From an uncultured Planctomycetia bacterium (lineage in GTDB: Bacteria; Omnitrophota; Gorgyraeia; Tantalellales; Tantalellaceae), in the NCBI GenBank assembly GCA_964572255.1, contig CAZNEE010000001.1:139520-203519 (forward strand): a stretch of 64,000 bases of DNA. Direction: 5' to 3'. A program made the position numbers and the translations under genes. Positions 19,523-29,500 of this stretch are shown piece after piece (within the stretch, counting starts at the first letter, position 1; each line of letters starts with the position of its first letter). A model generated the notes under the pieces. It worked only from the letters and a program-made list of their open reading frames with translations, ran no database searches and was not told where the DNA came from.

Positions 19523-22500
19523 AGAAGACGTTAAGGGACAAAATAAAGAAAGAGACGCTTTTGCTCGACGGGGCTTTCGGTACATATATCCAGACTTTTG
19601 GGCTTAAACAGGAAGATTTCAAGGGAAGGCCGGGATGTCTTGAACACTTAAATTTTACACGGCCTGACCTGATCGAGAAACTACATTCCGATTATCTCGA
19701 TGCCGGGAGTGATGCGGTTGAGACCAATACTTTCGGCGCGAATGCATTAAAACTTTCCGAATATGGGCTTTCTGACAAAGTATACGAAGTTAATAAAGAA
19801 GCCGCCAGGATCGCCCGTTCGGCTTGTGATAAATTTTCCTCCAGCTCTCATCCGAGACATGTCATAGGCACAATGGGGCCGACCGGGAAACTTCCTTCAT
19901 CTACGGATCCCGAGCTTGGCAATGTCACATATAAGGAACTCAAGAGGATCTTTTACGAGCAGGCACTTGGGATAATCGATGGCGGGGCTGATGCGCTTTT
20001 GGTTGAAACGGGGCAGGATCTATTGGAGATGAAAGCTGCCGTGAACGGCGCAAAAGAGGCATTAGGCGAGAATCGAAAAGACCTTGTGCTGATGGCACAG
20101 TGCACTTTAGCGAATAACGGACGTATGCTGCTGGGGACTGAAATATCGGCTGTTAGCGCCGCTCTTTCTTATCTTGATGTTGATGTAATCGGGCTGAACT
20201 GCAGTACAGGTCCCTTGGAAATGGAACCCGCAATAAAGTATTTAAGTTCGAATTGCCCAAAATATATTTCCTGTGTTCCCAACGCCGGTTTACCTATCGA
20301 AAAAGACGGCAAGACCTTTTATCCGCTCGCGCCGGATGAGATGGCTGAGATCATCTCACGTTTTGCTTCAGAATATAAAATAGATGTTGTAGGAGGATGC
20401 TGCGGAACAGACCCAGGCTACATTCGGAAGATAAGAGAGAAACTGAAGACTTCAAAGAAAAGAAAAATATCCAGAAGCGGTTTTTATGCGTCTTTTTATA
20501 AAGGGTATAATCTCGAGGAACAGGACAAGCCCGTAAAAGTGGGAGAAAGGATAAATGCCCAGGGCTCCAAAAAGATGAAGGATCTTTTGCTCGAGAAAGA
20601 CTATGACAGCATTGTTGAATTGGGGAAAGACCAGCAGAATAAGGGCGCGAGTTTACTTGATGTATGCGCCGTTCTTTCGGAACGATCTACCGAAAAAGAA
20701 GATGCCGTAATACTCGTGAGGAGATTATCCGAAAGTGTGCAGGTGCCTTTAATGATAGATTCCACGGATATAGAAGTTATAGAGGCTGCCCTTTCGAATT
20801 ATTCCGGCACCGCGTTCATCAATTCCGTTAATCTTGAAGACGGCGGAGACAGGGCGCGCCGCGTCTTTGAACTTGCGAAAGAGCACGGAAGTTTTGTTAT
20901 CAACCTTATGATAGATGAAAAAGGAATGGCGAAAACGTCCAGGCATAAACTGGATATTGCAAAGAGATTGTACAATCTAGCGACTAAGGAATATGGGATA
21001 GAGGCACATCGCCTGATCTATGACATGCTCACATTTGCTCTCGGAACAGGGGAGAAAGAATACGCAAATGCTGCCTTGGAAACTTGCAATGCCATAAAGG
21101 ATTTTAAAAAACATCATCCGGAGGCATTGACAGCACTGGGCGTGAGTAATGTTTCATTCGGTTTATCAAAACCCGCGCGGAAAGTACTGAACGCGGCATT
21201 TCTTTATCATGCCGTCCGGAGCGGACTGGACCTTGCTATTGTTGATCCTTCCAGTGACTTAAACTTTGAAAATTTTCCTTCTGAAGAGAAAAAACTGGCC
21301 GAAGAACTCGTTTTGAATAAAAGGAGCGACGCACTCGAACGGTTTATTGAGTATTTCGCAAAGAAAACACCTGAGAAAGAAGAAAGAACCGAAAAAGCGG
21401 CTGAACTTTCTATTGAGGAAAGCATTAAAAGATGCGTAATCGAAAGAAATAAAGCGGGCATACTTCCCCTGGTCGATGAAGCTTTAAAGAAATATAAGCC
21501 GGAAAGGATCATTAATGAAATTTTAATGGATGTAATGAGAGAAGTGGGGGATAAGCTCGATACGGGCGAGATGGTCCTTCCTTATGTTCTCCAGTCGGCT
21601 GAAGTGATGAGAAAAGCTATAGAACATCTTGAGAAATTTCTTCCGAAAGACAGGGAACATAAAAAAGGCAAGGTTCTTCTTGCGACAGTTTTTGGCGATG
21701 TGCACGATATCGGTAAAAATCTTGTTAAGATGATACTGAAAAATAACGGTTTTTCGGTTATAGATCTCGGCAAGCAGGTGCCTATTGAGAAAATAGTAAA
21801 AGAAGCAAAGAAGCAGAAAGTTGATGCCGTAGGCCTCAGCGCTTTGCTTGTCTCGACCGCCCGGCACATGAAGACATGCGTGCAATCCATGCACGATGCG
21901 GGGCTTCACTACCCGATCCTTATAGGCGGCGCTCCGATAAATGAGAGATTTGCGAAGGAGATATCCGCCCTTGAAGATAACACTATATATAAAGGCGGCG
22001 TTTTCTATGCCAGGGACGCGTTTACGGGCCTGAAGATCATGCAGGCTCTTATGGATACCGATGAGAAGCAGAAAGTTCAGGAGGAATATTACAGGCAGTT
22101 TAAGGATAAGGAAAAGATCATTGCTCCGGAAGAAAAGAGAAAAGTTGTTAAGGAAGATTACACAAAAAAAGGGACGCGGGAAGTCCCTACGCCTCCTTTT
22201 TACGGGATAAGATCATTAACGAATATTCCGGCTGATGAGGTATTCGGTTATCTGGACGAAAGACTTCTCTTTGAAGTTGGATGGAAAGCTAAACTAAAAG
22301 ATCCGGAAGAGAAGGAAAGAATTACAAGGGAAGAGCTTCAGCCTCTTTTAAAGGGACTAAAAGAAGAATGCCTGCATAAAGCCTGGCTGGATCTCAAGGC
22401 GGCATACGGGTATTTTAAATGCCGCATAGACGGGAACGACATGGAGATCCTTGATAAAAAGAGTAAGAGGATCGAAGTTTTTCATTTTGAGAGAGTGAAG

Positions 22501-22917
22501 GACGCTCCGGGAGGATGTTTAGTAGATTATTTTCTGCCGAGAGAAAAGGGCGAAGATATAGCGGTTTTCCAGGCAGTAACTGTAGGTTCACGCATAAACG
22601 ATGCGATAGAGAAACTATCCGGAGATAAGCAGGAGACGAAAGCTTTTTTCCTTCATGGATTAAGCGTGTATCTTGCAGAAGCTTTGGCGGCATATATACA
22701 TGACAGGATCCGCAAAGAACTTAATCTAAGCAAGAATCAGGGCAAGAGGTACAGCCCCGGATATCCCCTCTGGAAGGATCTCAGGGACCAGTCAAAGATT
22801 TTTAAGCTGTTAGAGATCGAAAGCAGGCTCAAAGTTACTCTTACACAAGAGCATCAAATGGTTCCCGAGCAGTCCACGACTGCCATGATCGTTTATGACA
22901 AAGCTGCAAGCTACTGA
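19519..22917 (+). CDS. metH: Cobalamin-dependent methionine synthase
   Basis: Hcy S-methyltransferase domain (GGCCGTDP), pterin-binding domain, B12-binding domain (GDVHDIGKN = DxHxxG) and the AdoMet activation domain. 1132 aa, start overlapping the batE stop. Confidence 0.9.
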   Translation: MKKTLRDKIKKETLLLDGAFGTYIQTFGLKQEDFKGRPGCLEHLNFTRPDLIEKLHSDYLDAGSDAVETNTFGANALKLSEYGLSDKVYEVNKEAARIARSACDKFSSSSHPRHVIGTMGPTGKLPSSTDPELGNVTYKELKRIFYEQALGIIDGGADALLVETGQDLLEMKAAVNGAKEALGENRKDLVLMAQCTLANNGRMLLGTEISAVSAALSYLDVDVIGLNCSTGPLEMEPAIKYLSSNCPKYISCVPNAGLPIEKDGKTFYPLAPDEMAEIISRFASEYKIDVVGGCCGTDPGYIRKIREKLKTSKKRKISRSGFYASFYKGYNLEEQDKPVKVGERINAQGSKKMKDLLLEKDYDSIVELGKDQQNKGASLLDVCAVLSERSTEKEDAVILVRRLSESVQVPLMIDSTDIEVIEAALSNYSGTAFINSVNLEDGGDRARRVFELAKEHGSFVINLMIDEKGMAKTSRHKLDIAKRLYNLATKEYGIEAHRLIYDMLTFALGTGEKEYANAALETCNAIKDFKKHHPEALTALGVSNVSFGLSKPARKVLNAAFLYHAVRSGLDLAIVDPSSDLNFENFPSEEKKLAEELVLNKRSDALERFIEYFAKKTPEKEERTEKAAELSIEESIKRCVIERNKAGILPLVDEALKKYKPERIINEILMDVMREVGDKLDTGEMVLPYVLQSAEVMRKAIEHLEKFLPKDREHKKGKVLLATVFGDVHDIGKNLVKMILKNNGFSVIDLGKQVPIEKIVKEAKKQKVDAVGLSALLVSTARHMKTCVQSMHDAGLHYPILIGGAPINERFAKEISALEDNTIYKGGVFYARDAFTGLKIMQALMDTDEKQKVQEEYYRQFKDKEKIIAPEEKRKVVKEDYTKKGTREVPTPPFYGIRSLTNIPADEVFGYLDERLLFEVGWKAKLKDPEEKERITREELQPLLKGLKEECLHKAWLDLKAAYGYFKCRIDGNDMEILDKKSKRIEVFHFERVKDAPGGCLVDYFLPREKGEDIAVFQAVTVGSRINDAIEKLSGDKQETKAFFLHGLSVYLAEALAAYIHDRIRKELNLSKNQGKRYSPGYPLWKDLRDQSKIFKLLEIESRLKVTLTQEHQMVPEQSTTAMIVYDKAASY

Positions 22918-22919
22918 TC

Positions 22920-22945
22920 GGGGACGCCCCACTCGGGGACACCCC
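22920..22945. repeat. GC-rich repeat GGGGACGCCCCACTCGGGGACACCCC, inverted partner of 23289-23314
   Basis: Exact reverse complement of 23289-23314; it sits directly after the metH stop. Confidence 0.7.
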
Positions 22946-23038
22946 GCAGCACAAAAAACATAAAATTTATACAAAAGTCTTGCTTCCTGTTTCATCTAAT
23001 AAAGCGCCAAAAATAGCCGCAGAAAAAGGAGGTTATTA

Positions 23039-23251
23039 ATGGCTGAATGTAAAATCAATGCCAATAAAAAAAACTGCAATTGTTCGTATGAACCTTGTTC
23101 GAAAAAAGGTGTATGCTGTGACTGCCTACAATATCATTTAAAAATGGGGCAGTTTCCCGCATGTTTATTCCCGGATGATGTTGAAAAAACATATGACCGC
23201 AGTATTGAACGATTTATAAAGACTTATCAGGAAAGAGGTTCCTGGTTCTAA
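23039..23251 (+). CDS. Small Cys-rich protein (70 aa, 8 Cys; putative metal-binding)
   Basis: [21 protein letters not shown]...; RBS AAAGGAGG 6 nt upstream; bracketed by the GC-rich inverted repeats. Confidence 0.5.
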   Translation: MAECKINANKKNCNCSYEPCSKKGVCCDCLQYHLKMGQFPACLFPDDVEKTYDRSIERFIKTYQERGSWF

Positions 23252-23288
23252 CTGAAAAGGGCCCCGAATGGGGCGTTTCCAAAGGTGT

Positions 23289-23314
23289 GGGGTGTCCCCG
23301 AGTGGGGCGTCCCC
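23289..23314. repeat. GC-rich repeat (reverse orientation) GGGGTGTCCCCGAGTGGGGCGTCCCC, with an adjacent degenerate copy at 23268-23287
   Basis: Reverse complement of 22920-22945; a tandem ...GGGGCGTTTCCAAAGGTG / GGGGCGTCCCCAAAGGTG arrangement is visible. Confidence 0.7.
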
Positions 23315-23322
23315 AAAGGTGG

Positions 23323-25180
23323 TATGAAGAATTATTATGATGTTATAGTGGTTGGTGGGGGGCATGCCGGATGCGAAGCATCGCTTGCATCAAGCAGGAT
23401 AGGTGTGCGCGCACTTCTCATCACCATGAAGAAGGACGCGATCGGTTATACTTCCTGTAATCCCGCGATCGGCGGTATCGGCAAGGGGCAGCTTGTTAAA
23501 GAAATAGATGCGCTGGGCGGCGAGATGGCAAAAGCGGCAGATGCCAGCTGTATCCAGTACCGCATGCTCAATTCTTCCAAAGGGTACGCTGCGCGTTCAA
23601 GCAGGATGCAGATAGACCGTAAACTATACAACAATTACATGAAAGCTTGTCTGGGTAAACAGCCCGGATTAGATATTGTTGAAGATGAAGTCAAAGAGCT
23701 GGTCATTAAGAACAATTCTTGCCAAGGAGTTAAAACCGCCAAGGGAGAGATTTATAATGCCTCCTGCGTGATACTTACTACAGGCACTTACATGAACGGC
23801 ATCATTCATATAGGTCTTGAACATTTCTCAGGAGGGCGTATAGGCGAGGAAGCTTCAAGGGGATTATCAGATGATCTAAGAAGACTCGGATTCAATGTAA
23901 GCAGTTTAAAAACAGGTACTCCAGCAAGAATTGACGGCAGCACAATAGATTTTTCGGTTTGCACCAAGCAGGATGGAGACACTAGGATAATACCTTTCTC
24001 TTTCTCAACAAAAGAAATAACATTACCTCAAAAAAGTTGCTACATAACCAGGACTAATGAAAATACACATCGGATCATTCGTGAAGGATTAGACCATTCG
24101 CCGCTCTATACAGGTAAGATAAAATCCACGGGGGTGCGTTATTGTCCGTCAATTGAGGATAAAATAATAAGATTCCCTCAAAGAGATTCCCATATTGTAT
24201 TTATCGAGCCTGAAGGATTGGATACGGATGAATATTACCCCAATGGTGTATCTACAAGTTTGCCAAAAGACGTGCAGGAACGTATGTTACGCAGCATCAA
24301 GGGGCTAGAGAACGTAAAAATTAACACGCCCGCATATGGCATAGAATATGATTATGTCGATCCGACAGAGCTTTTTTCCACGCTTGAAGCTAAAAAGATA
24401 AGCGGGCTTTTTCTGGCCGGACAGATAAACGGGACGACCGGATATGAAGAAGCCGCTGCTTTAGGGCTAATGGCGGGGATAAATGCCGCCAGAAAAGTAA
24501 AGAAAGAGTCTTCCGTTATTTTGGATAGATCGCAAGGGTACATAGGCGTTTTGATAGATGATCTTGTCACAAAGGGCACAAAAGAGCCTTACAGGATGTT
24601 CACCTCACGCGTTGAATATAGACTTATCATTCGAGAAGACAATGCTGATACGAGACTTTCAAAGATAGGCCGGAAAGTAGGCCTAGTACCTGAAGAGCAA
24701 GTTGAACGTGTGCGGGAGGGGATCCAAAGAGTTCAAAAAGAAAGGCAGCGGCTGGAGAAAGAGTATTTGTATCCTGAAAAGAGAATAAACTCGTTTCTTG
24801 AAGAAAGAGGAGAATCTCCGTTAAGCGGCAAAATAAGTTTGGCTCAGCTCTTAAGAAGGTCCGGCATTTCTTATGACGATATTGTGCGCTTGGAGAAGGA
24901 AGACCGGAAGCTATCATATTATGAAAAAGTGCAGCTTGAAGTCGATATTAAATATTCCGGATATATTGAAAGGGAATCTTCAAGAATAAAAAAGTTTAAA
25001 GATCTTGAAAAAATACGCATACCCGGTAATTTTGATTACTCCGGGCTAAACAGCATTTCAAATGAGATAAAAGAGAAGCTCATGCATTTTAAACCGGCAT
25101 CGCTTGGTCAGGCATCAAGGATCTCAGGCGTAACGCCGCCAGCAATATCGATACTTATGGTAAAATTAAAGAACATTTGA
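23323..25180 (+). CDS. mnmG: tRNA uridine-5-carboxymethylaminomethyl modification enzyme MnmG (GidA)
   Basis: FAD motif [15 protein letters not shown] and the full-length GidA pattern. Start chosen at the ATG with an AAAGGTGG RBS; the track's upstream start at 23285 runs through the repeat. Confidence 0.9.
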
Positions 25181-25338
25181 GCTATTCTCGCAGGGACGGT
25201 CAATTTCCCCAGCGTGGAAATTGACCTCAGAAATCTACTCGCTCTCGTTACAATTAAACGCCGGCGAACCATGCCCGCTCGTAGATTTGATGCCCTGCTC
25301 GAACAGCTCAAACGTTCTCAAGTTTACAAAAATACAAC

Positions 25339-26241
25339 ATGTGCTACTATTCTTTCAGCAAATATCTTAAAGGGAGATACGGGACTCGTGTTCATCGTCT
25401 AAGCCTGGATGCGGGGTTTACTTGCCCCAATCGGGACGGGACTCTGGATGCTGAGGGATGCATCTATTGCAATGAAAAAGGTTTTTCTCGCTTTGCAGGA
25501 AAAAACCTTTCCTTATATGAGCAGATAGAAAGGTCGATGGCTTTCGCAAGAGAGAGATTTAAAGCAGAGAAATTCATCGCGTATTTTCAGAATGCCAGCG
25601 GAACTTATGCGCCTGTTAAAAAGCTTAAAGAAACTTATGATGTAATTAAGGATTACACTGATATTGTGGGACTTTTCATCTCAACCCGCCCGGATTGTAT
25701 TGATGATGAAAAGCTCGAACTTATCAAAAGCTATAAAGACGATTATGAAGTATGGGTTGAATATGGACTGCAGACTATCCATGACAAGACGCTAAAAGTC
25801 ATAAACCGAAAACATTCATTTGAGCAATCCAGGGAAGCAATAGAAAAAACCGCCGAAAAGGGAATAAAAGTTGCTGTTCATGTCATACTCGGGCTCCCGG
25901 GAGAGTCTGCCGGCGACATGATAGCGACAGCACGCGAAATATCAAAATTACCCGTATCGGGAGTAAAAATACATGTTCTACATGTCCTTAAAGATACAAA
26001 ATTGGAAGAATTGTACAAAGAAGAGAAGATAGGTCTTTTAACCGAGAAACAATATATAAAGGAAGTAAGCGGTTTTTTGGAAAATCTAAGGCCGGATTGT
26101 GTGATCTTCAGGCTTCTTTCAGACGCCGATCCGGATTACCTCATTGTGCCAACCTGGATAAATAGCAAAGCCGCAGTAATAAAGGGTATTAAGGAAGAAT
26201 TACACGCGCGCGGCAGCCGCCAAGGCAAAATTCACCCCTAA
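25339..26241 (+). CDS. Radical SAM protein, TIGR01212-like family
   Basis: N-terminus YYSFSKYLKGRYGTRVHRLSLDAGFTCPNRDG, the Cys motif CPNRDG...CIYC, and a 300-aa length typical of that family. Confidence 0.75.
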   Translation: MCYYSFSKYLKGRYGTRVHRLSLDAGFTCPNRDGTLDAEGCIYCNEKGFSRFAGKNLSLYEQIERSMAFARERFKAEKFIAYFQNASGTYAPVKKLKETYDVIKDYTDIVGLFISTRPDCIDDEKLELIKSYKDDYEVWVEYGLQTIHDKTLKVINRKHSFEQSREAIEKTAEKGIKVAVHVILGLPGESAGDMIATAREISKLPVSGVKIHVLHVLKDTKLEELYKEEKIGLLTEKQYIKEVSGFLENLRPDCVIFRLLSDADPDYLIVPTWINSKAAVIKGIKEELHARGSRQGKIHP

Positions 26242-26269
26242 AAAGTTCGCAAAAACACCCCTGGAATAC

Positions 26270-26298
26270 TTGACAAATAATAGTCTATATGGTATACT
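26270..26298 (+). promoter_or_regulatory. Near-consensus sigma70 promoter (TTGACA-17-TATACT) driving a short non-coding transcript
   Basis: -35 at 26270-26275 and -10 at 26293-26298, exact in the sequence. Confidence 0.5.
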
Positions 26299-26304
26299 TT
26301 AAAT

Positions 26305-26455
26305 GTTAGTAAAGTCAGTTATTTCTTACCAATCGAAAGGGGTGATGCACTCATAAAAATTTCCGAAATTAAAAAATAAGGGACGGTTCTGTACAAGGTA
26401 AAGATTTAAGCAAAAAGGAGGCAAAAATAAGCAGAATTCGTCCCTTATTTTTTAC
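26305..26455 (+). ncRNA. Candidate small RNA (~150 nt) between the promoter and a hairpin + U-tract terminator
   Basis: The 11-bp stem AATAAGGGACG (26375-26385) pairs with CGTCCCTTATT (26439-26449), followed by TTTTTT. No ORF longer than 13 aa lies inside. The class is unknown. Confidence 0.3.
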
Positions 26456-26513
26456 CTCTCCTGCCTGCGCAAAAGCCCGTTAGAAAACTTTCGTTAAAAC
26501 TTAAAAAAGTTAG

Positions 26514-26542
26514 TTGACTTATTCATACCTTTTTGTTATATT
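26514..26542 (+). promoter_or_regulatory. Near-consensus sigma70 promoter (TTGACT-17-TATATT) ending 9 nt before the giant-ORF ATG, implying a leaderless or near-leaderless mRNA
   Basis: -35 at 26514-26519 and -10 at 26537-26542. No Shine-Dalgarno sequence lies between the -10 and the ATG at 26552. Confidence 0.45.
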
Positions 26543-26551
26543 AACTACATC

Positions 26552-29500
26552 ATGAAAAACGTGGGAAAGTTAAAAATAATAAAAGTCATATCTATCATTG
26601 TGCTCATCACATTTTCTTTTCAGAATATTACATGGGCAAATCCTGATATTTTCCAATCTCGCAGTATTGTTGCCGGGCAGCACATGGCCGTAATGGGCTA
26701 TGGGCGCCAGTATGGCTTTAATCTGGCCGCTATGATGTGTTTTGCAAAGATCGGAAATGAATTTTTTGCGAATATCCTCAAAAACGAATTACCTCCGGAT
26801 CATGAAAGATGGGATGAACATCATCAATATCTGGTCAAAGAGGTCAATGAATATATCAATACTTCACCGCACATATTAAGCCAAATAAAAAGGGATGTTA
26901 CCAGGCGCGATATTTCTTTTGACGGGGAAACATTAAAGATCAAGTATAAGAACGTTGAGGGTAAGGAATTTATTGTTTGCCTGGCAAGGGGCGTAAACGA
27001 TAAGCCGGGGCAGTATGAGATAATTAACGGTATCCCGCAGATCGACGGTATTTTGGTGGAGTTCCGGGATCCATTGGATAAAGCTCAGGATACAAGGCAA
27101 GACAAAGTGATCAAAAAAGACGGGGATGCGGTCAAACCTTCAGATGTTTCTGATGAGACAAAAGCCGATAACGAACAGGACCAAAAAAATGATATTGAAG
27201 GAAAAACAGATCTACGCGATGGTTTTACAAGGATCGAACTTCTCAGTGCGGTTGCCGCTGCGGGCTTAATTCTTCCTATTGTAGTCAGTTACCCGACACT
27301 GCTATTACCGATATTAATAGCTTCTATTAGTTCGTTGATTCTCACTTTGGCATATTATTATTCATTTCCTTTATTTAAGGACCTTATCGGAAAAATCTCC
27401 TTGAGAAATCCTTTTATTTTCACCGAGCTTGCCGGTACGGGTATAAAAGTTCCTTCAGGACTGCAGTTGCCGGTACTTTTTGCCGCGCCTGATGACAATA
27501 AGGGTAAAGGCGGAAAAGGGGAGCAAAAGCCGCAGGGCAAAAAGCCAGTTCCTGTCGGAAAGAAAAAGGGCAAAGTGGTAGCAAGACCGGCAAAGAAAAA
27601 AGTGTTTTTAGACAATCGATCTCTTTTAAACACTCTTTTAAGGCATGCGAGGATTTTTAACGTAAAAAATAGAGAACAAGCCGAACAAAAACTTGAAGAG
27701 ATTTTAAGCAGCCTTTCAATGACGATGAAACCGCAGGGAGGAGTTTCTACCAGTGTAAAAGATATAGGAGATGTATTAAGGGATCTCAACGGCCAAGGTA
27801 ATGTATTTTTCCGCGATGTCAAGCATAGATCCACAGCCGGCCATAAGGGAAGATCTTCTTCCAGCAGCCGTACCGGATATAAATATTTTGACCGTTTGGT
27901 CGATAACCGCGTTTTTCAGGACAGGATAAAAAGAACACTCAGTACAGTGAGATTTTACATGGGGAATAATCCCACAATTTTCGGCCAGCCCAGAAGATTG
28001 TCCAGGGTATATTTCGGATCAAGTACCGGATATTTTGATGTGAGGGATAACCTGCAGTATGCTCATGTTGTCGATATTGTTGTTTTAGTTGACGGAAAGT
28101 CGCATATCAAGCCTGTTGCTGATATTCCCAAGACCCGAGAAGAGATCGAAGAGGCTTTTCATGAATTCAGGAATGTCCGGAAAATAAATGTCGAGGTTGT
28201 AGGATTCGATGAACTTGAGGCTGCTGTACAAGGGGACCCAAGCTTGCCTATAGAAAGGATCGAGCATTTGCGCACGCTGCTTATAAAAATTTACAGAGAA
28301 TATGTGCAGATCGCAGGTTCAAGCCTTGTGAAGGAAAATAACGAGGAAATTTTCAGTGAAAGGCTTAAATTGCTCGAGATAGCTTATGTAAACAGACTTG
28401 TCCGGGAGCTTAATGAATTTGCAGGCAAAAAAGAGAAGCTGAGAGAAGCGCATGAAAAAAAAGAAGACGAGAGAGTTCAATTGCCGATTAAGCGCAGAGA
28501 GAATTTAAAGAAAGCAAATGAAGAACTGGGGAGCATTGAAATGCGGATCGAAGAGCTTGAGGTGCAAGCATCTTCATTGTTCGGGACAACTGATCTAACG
28601 GCCATCGATCAGAAAGTTGCGGAAGAGTTGCCTATGTTGTCAGCTAAATGGAATGAGGCCTATATAAGAGAAGGAGGCGAGGGGGGCAAGGCAAGCATTA
28701 AAAATCCGCAGAAACATGTGGAGTATCAACAGATTTATGAGCAATATCAGGAAAAACAGGGATTACTTAACGCTCTAAAAAATCTGCATAAGGAAAAAAT
28801 AGCGATCGAAGAAAAAATAAAAGAAGTCAGGGGCAGTACAAGCGGAAAAGTCGAAGAGATTAATGACCAGTTAAAGCAAATAAGATTGGAAATAGAAGAA
28901 ACAGAAAGGAATTATGAACTTTTGTGTAAACGCATAGAAGACGCGATGTACGGCCAAACGTATATAACGCCGGGAACTGTTATAGGCGGTAAATATCAGA
29001 TAGTCAGTGAACTTGAAAAAGGCGGTTTCGGGATAGTTTATAACGCAAAATATATACCTTCATATGTGGAACAAAGCATTGATGACCGCGAGCGTGAGAG
29101 GATGAGGAATGCGGAATTAGCTATAAAATTCTTTGTCCCGGCGATCGCTCTTTCTGAAAGACAGCGTGAAGTCGCGGAAAAAAGGTTTTTAAATGAAAGG
29201 AAGACTCACAAAGAATTGTCGGAGGACAGCGCGCCTATTCCTATGTTTAGAGACGAAGGAGAGTATGCTGATTTACATTATCTGGTGATGGATAGAGTGC
29301 CTTTAAAAGGAAAAGGAATGACCCTTGATAAGATCATCGCGGAAATAGAGGCCGGACATATTAAGTTAGATTATCGCCAGAAAGTTATTTTATATTGGGC
29401 AATAACTAAAAGGCTCAGAAAATTTCATGGTAAAGGGGGGATCCATAGAGATATTAAGCCGGCACAGTTTATGATACCTATGGCTGAGGATGGATCGCTT

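Noticed and set aside
22918-22952. GC-rich repeats as Rho-independent terminators
   Set aside because: None of the five copies is followed by a U-tract on either strand, and two copies overlap coding sequence or start codons.
23285-23322. Upstream ATG start for mnmG ([13 protein letters not shown]...)
   Set aside because: The extension would be encoded entirely by the GC-rich repeat. The downstream ATG at 23323 has a proper RBS (AAAGGTGG) and gives the canonical MnmG N-terminus.
25181-25338. Possible tRNA in the GC-richer spacer after mnmG
   Set aside because: No cloverleaf could be assembled: there is no GTTCRANYC T-loop and no acceptor-stem complementarity at the appropriate spacing.
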